From: a virus
Taxonomy: Duplodnaviria > Caudoviricetes
DNA length: 34,456 nucleotides
Strand: one strand, 5' to 3'
Virus record (IMG/VR): IMGVR_UViG_3300002098_000020
Location: 1 to 34,456 of that record
Below, piece by piece: positions 32,334 to 34,456 of this stretch. Numbering within the stretch: position 1 is the first letter of the stretch; every line of letters starts with the position of its first letter. A program made the position numbers and the translations under genes. Under the pieces are notes generated by a model that was not told where the DNA came from, did not search any database, and saw only the letters and a list, made by a program, of their open reading frames with translations.

Positions 32334-34456
32334 TTAAACCTTGGGCGCCGCTGGCTGATTGTATGGTGCTACCGCTGAGGCCTGACCAACACCTCTCAAG
32401 AGGTTTTCAATTGTTTGTGTTCTTGGATCATACATTTGTTGTAATCCATATGGTACCGCAGGTGCTGAAGGCACGGTGTTGTACAACGCAGGATCAAATG
32501 TGGTACCTGTTTGATATGGGTGTTGTCCATAATAGTATTGTGCTGCCACTGGACTTGGATTGTTGTAGTATTTTGGCACATTGGTAATGTATCCTGGATT
32601 CAATCCTGACATGTCTAATGGCACACCCTTGCCCCAATCTAGTGGTGTGATAGGACCATATGATTTTTTCACAGGAGTTGTGGAGGTGTCAATTGGTGGC
32701 ACATACACTGCTGGATATGGCGGTACAACAGTAGGTGGAGCAACTGTAGTTGGCGCAGTTGTGGTTGCAGTTGTTGTTGTGGGTGCAGTATTGGCCTGAA
32801 CTTCTGGTATGGGTTGACTTGGAGTCAAGTTTGCATTTTGTACCGGTGTCAATGGGGGCGGCACATACACAGGTGGTGGTGCAACTGGTTCAGGTCTTGG
32901 TGCTGTGATTGTGATTTCAGGAATGGTATCAACTGGTGTAGTATTTGTAGTTTGTGTAGAAGTTGTTGTGGCAGGTGCTACAGGTGCGTTTGTTTCAGCG
33001 ACTGTTGCGACAGGTGCAGCCGGTGCTACCGCACTAGGAGTTGCAGTGTTTGTGGCAGGTACCACTGCTACAGGAGCAGGTGTTGGAACAGGTGCAACTT
33101 CCCAGGCATTGGCAGCCTCATTAAATCTTGCCCGACCTGCGTCAATTTCGGTCTGTGTGGCCAACTGCGAACCCGGAGTCATCTGATTGGGCACAGCATA
33201 ATTGGGTGCTTCAGCAGTGCCAGCGGCTCCAGTAATGCTCACAGGCACAGCAGGACCTGTGTCTTGGCCCGATTCCACAATGTCTGTGGCTTCACCAGGT
33301 GTCCGGCCTTCAGCAACCAATTGTTTATATTGTGCTTCTTGAGCAGGTGTGTATGGACCTGCCACTTGTGTGCCTTCTGATGCTGTGGCGTAAGGATTAT
33401 TTTGACTCAGAGCCTGATTCAACTGTTCTTGAGTCATGTTGCCCACATCAACACCAGGTGCAACTGCGCCTGTGGCTTGAGTTTGACCTGCTGGTGCAAC
33501 AGGTGTTCCTGTTCGATCTTCCACAGGTGGTAATTGTCGGGTTTGTCCGGTTCTTGGGTCCACTGCCGCAACAGGAAATTTTGCACCTGATGTGTCTGTG
33601 GCAGCAACAGGTGTGCCTTGACTATTTGTGGTCATGCTTGAACCGTCTTCATATTCATATGTGGTGTTGCCCGCACTATCGCTTATGGCTTGTGCGCCAG
33701 CACCCACTGCACCACCTATCAAGGCAGCACCAGCAAGACTACCTGCTGTGATTGGTTGTCCGGTCACAGCATTGACCACAACAGTTGCGCCCACATTGGT
33801 TGCGGCACCTGCTAGACCCGCACCTAGCGCATCACTACCAAAATCTGGTAGCACTGATCCAATGCCGCCAGCAACACCACCACCCAAGGCACTGGTCAAT
33901 AGACTTTGTCCAGTAATTGGTTTACCAGTGATGGCATTGATTGCGGCTCCTGTGCCTGCACCTGTAAGTGCGCCATTTAGGATGGGATTGTTCACGCCAA
34001 GATTGGTCAACACATTGGTTATGGGATTTAAACTTGAACCTTCTAGTATTGAACTGGCTGTGCCACCCACTGTGCCTGCTGATGTTGGCGCTAGGCTTGA
34101 GATCATGTTGGGATCAATGTTCTTCATCAAATCAGCAGTTTCAGCGGCATTGAGTTCGGTCAATGCGGCTGTTTGTGTGGGAGCCACAGCACCTGTGGTT
34201 ATGGTACCGGCTTCAGGAGCAATAGCACCTGTTGTGGCAGCCGGAGTGGATGTGGCTATGGTTTCATTTACAGCGGCCAGGGGATTGGCTGAATTGGCAG
34301 CAGTGGTAACGGCTTCAGGTGTTATGCCATTTGCGGCACCCAAGGCTTGTGCATCTACAGTGCCATTGGTGATGCCAGTGGCTGTTTCAGCCACTGTGGT
34401 TGCGGCTTCAGCAGGCACACCTGACGCTTGTAGAGTGGCAGCGATTTCTTCTGTGG
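32334..34456 (-). CDS. 3' part of origin-spanning 1259-aa putative ejection protein (Gly-zipper hydrophobic segment, Pro/Thr-rich linker)
   Basis: In frame with 1..1727 through the 70-bp overlap. Confidence 0.85.
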   Translation of the reverse strand, partial: TEEIAATLQASGVPAEAATTVAETATGITNGTVDAQALGAANGITPEAVTTAANSANPLAAVNETIATSTPAATTGAIAPEAGTITTGAVAPTQTAALTELNAAETADLMKNIDPNMISSLAPTSAGTVGGTASSILEGSSLNPITNVLTNLGVNNPILNGALTGAGTGAAINAITGKPITGQSLLTSALGGGVAGGIGSVLPDFGSDALGAGLAGAATNVGATVVVNAVTGQPITAGSLAGAALIGGAVGAGAQAISDSAGNTTYEYEDGSSMTTNSQGTPVAATDTSGAKFPVAAVDPRTGQTRQLPPVEDRTGTPVAPAGQTQATGAVAPGVDVGNMTQEQLNQALSQNNPYATASEGTQVAGPYTPAQEAQYKQLVAEGRTPGEATDIVESGQDTGPAVPVSITGAAGTAEAPNYAVPNQMTPGSQLATQTEIDAGRARFNEAANAWEVAPVPTPAPVAVVPATNTATPSAVAPAAPVATVAETNAPVAPATTTSTQTTNTTPVDTIPEITITAPRPEPVAPPPVYVPPPLTPVQNANLTPSQPIPEVQANTAPTTTTATTTAPTTVAPPTVVPPYPAVYVPPIDTSTTPVKKSYGPITPLDWGKGVPLDMSGLNPGYITNVPKYYNNPSPVAAQYYYGQHPYQTGTTFDPALYNTVPSAPAVPYGLQQMYDPRTQTIENLLRGVGQASAVAPYNQPAAPKV
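34387..34456. repeat. Terminal direct repeat copy of 1-70
   Basis: Exact 70-bp match. Confidence 0.97.

Noticed and set aside
1-34456. Prophage, tRNA genes or stop-codon recoding
   Set aside because: No integrase, att-like host flanks or tRNA cloverleaf seen, and genes are full length in the standard code.

Overview
The window is an apparently complete, circularly assembled genome (34,386 bp unique; bases 1-70 repeat exactly at 34387-34456) of a small tailed dsDNA phage with a podovirus/P22-like virion module. On the minus strand it carries candidate TerS, TerL, portal, scaffold, a free-standing GIY-YIG endonuclease, major capsid protein, adaptor, a 1759-aa repeat tail fibre, a beta-propeller, a nozzle-like protein and four ejection-type proteins. 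One ejection protein spans the origin (1259 aa), and another carries an M15 peptidase domain. A Dps ferritin gene ends that block. The non-virion part is only about 3.5 kb of unknown ORFs, an HNH-like ORF and a GNAT-like ORF. I recognise no polymerase, primase, helicase, integrase, sigma factor, endolysin or holin. The main signal is regulatory: a T4-late-type TAAATA element sits in most intergenic gaps, five times exactly 5 nt before an ATG (one of these is the TAAGTA variant), yet no gp55-like gene is visible. This suggests a virion-complete satellite or parasite that borrows late transcription, and possibly replication and lysis, from a larger T4-like helper phage. One TAAATA element precedes a ~190-nt unannotated, highly structured RNA candidate (26857-27055). 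All protein assignments come from motif recognition by eye, not database searches.
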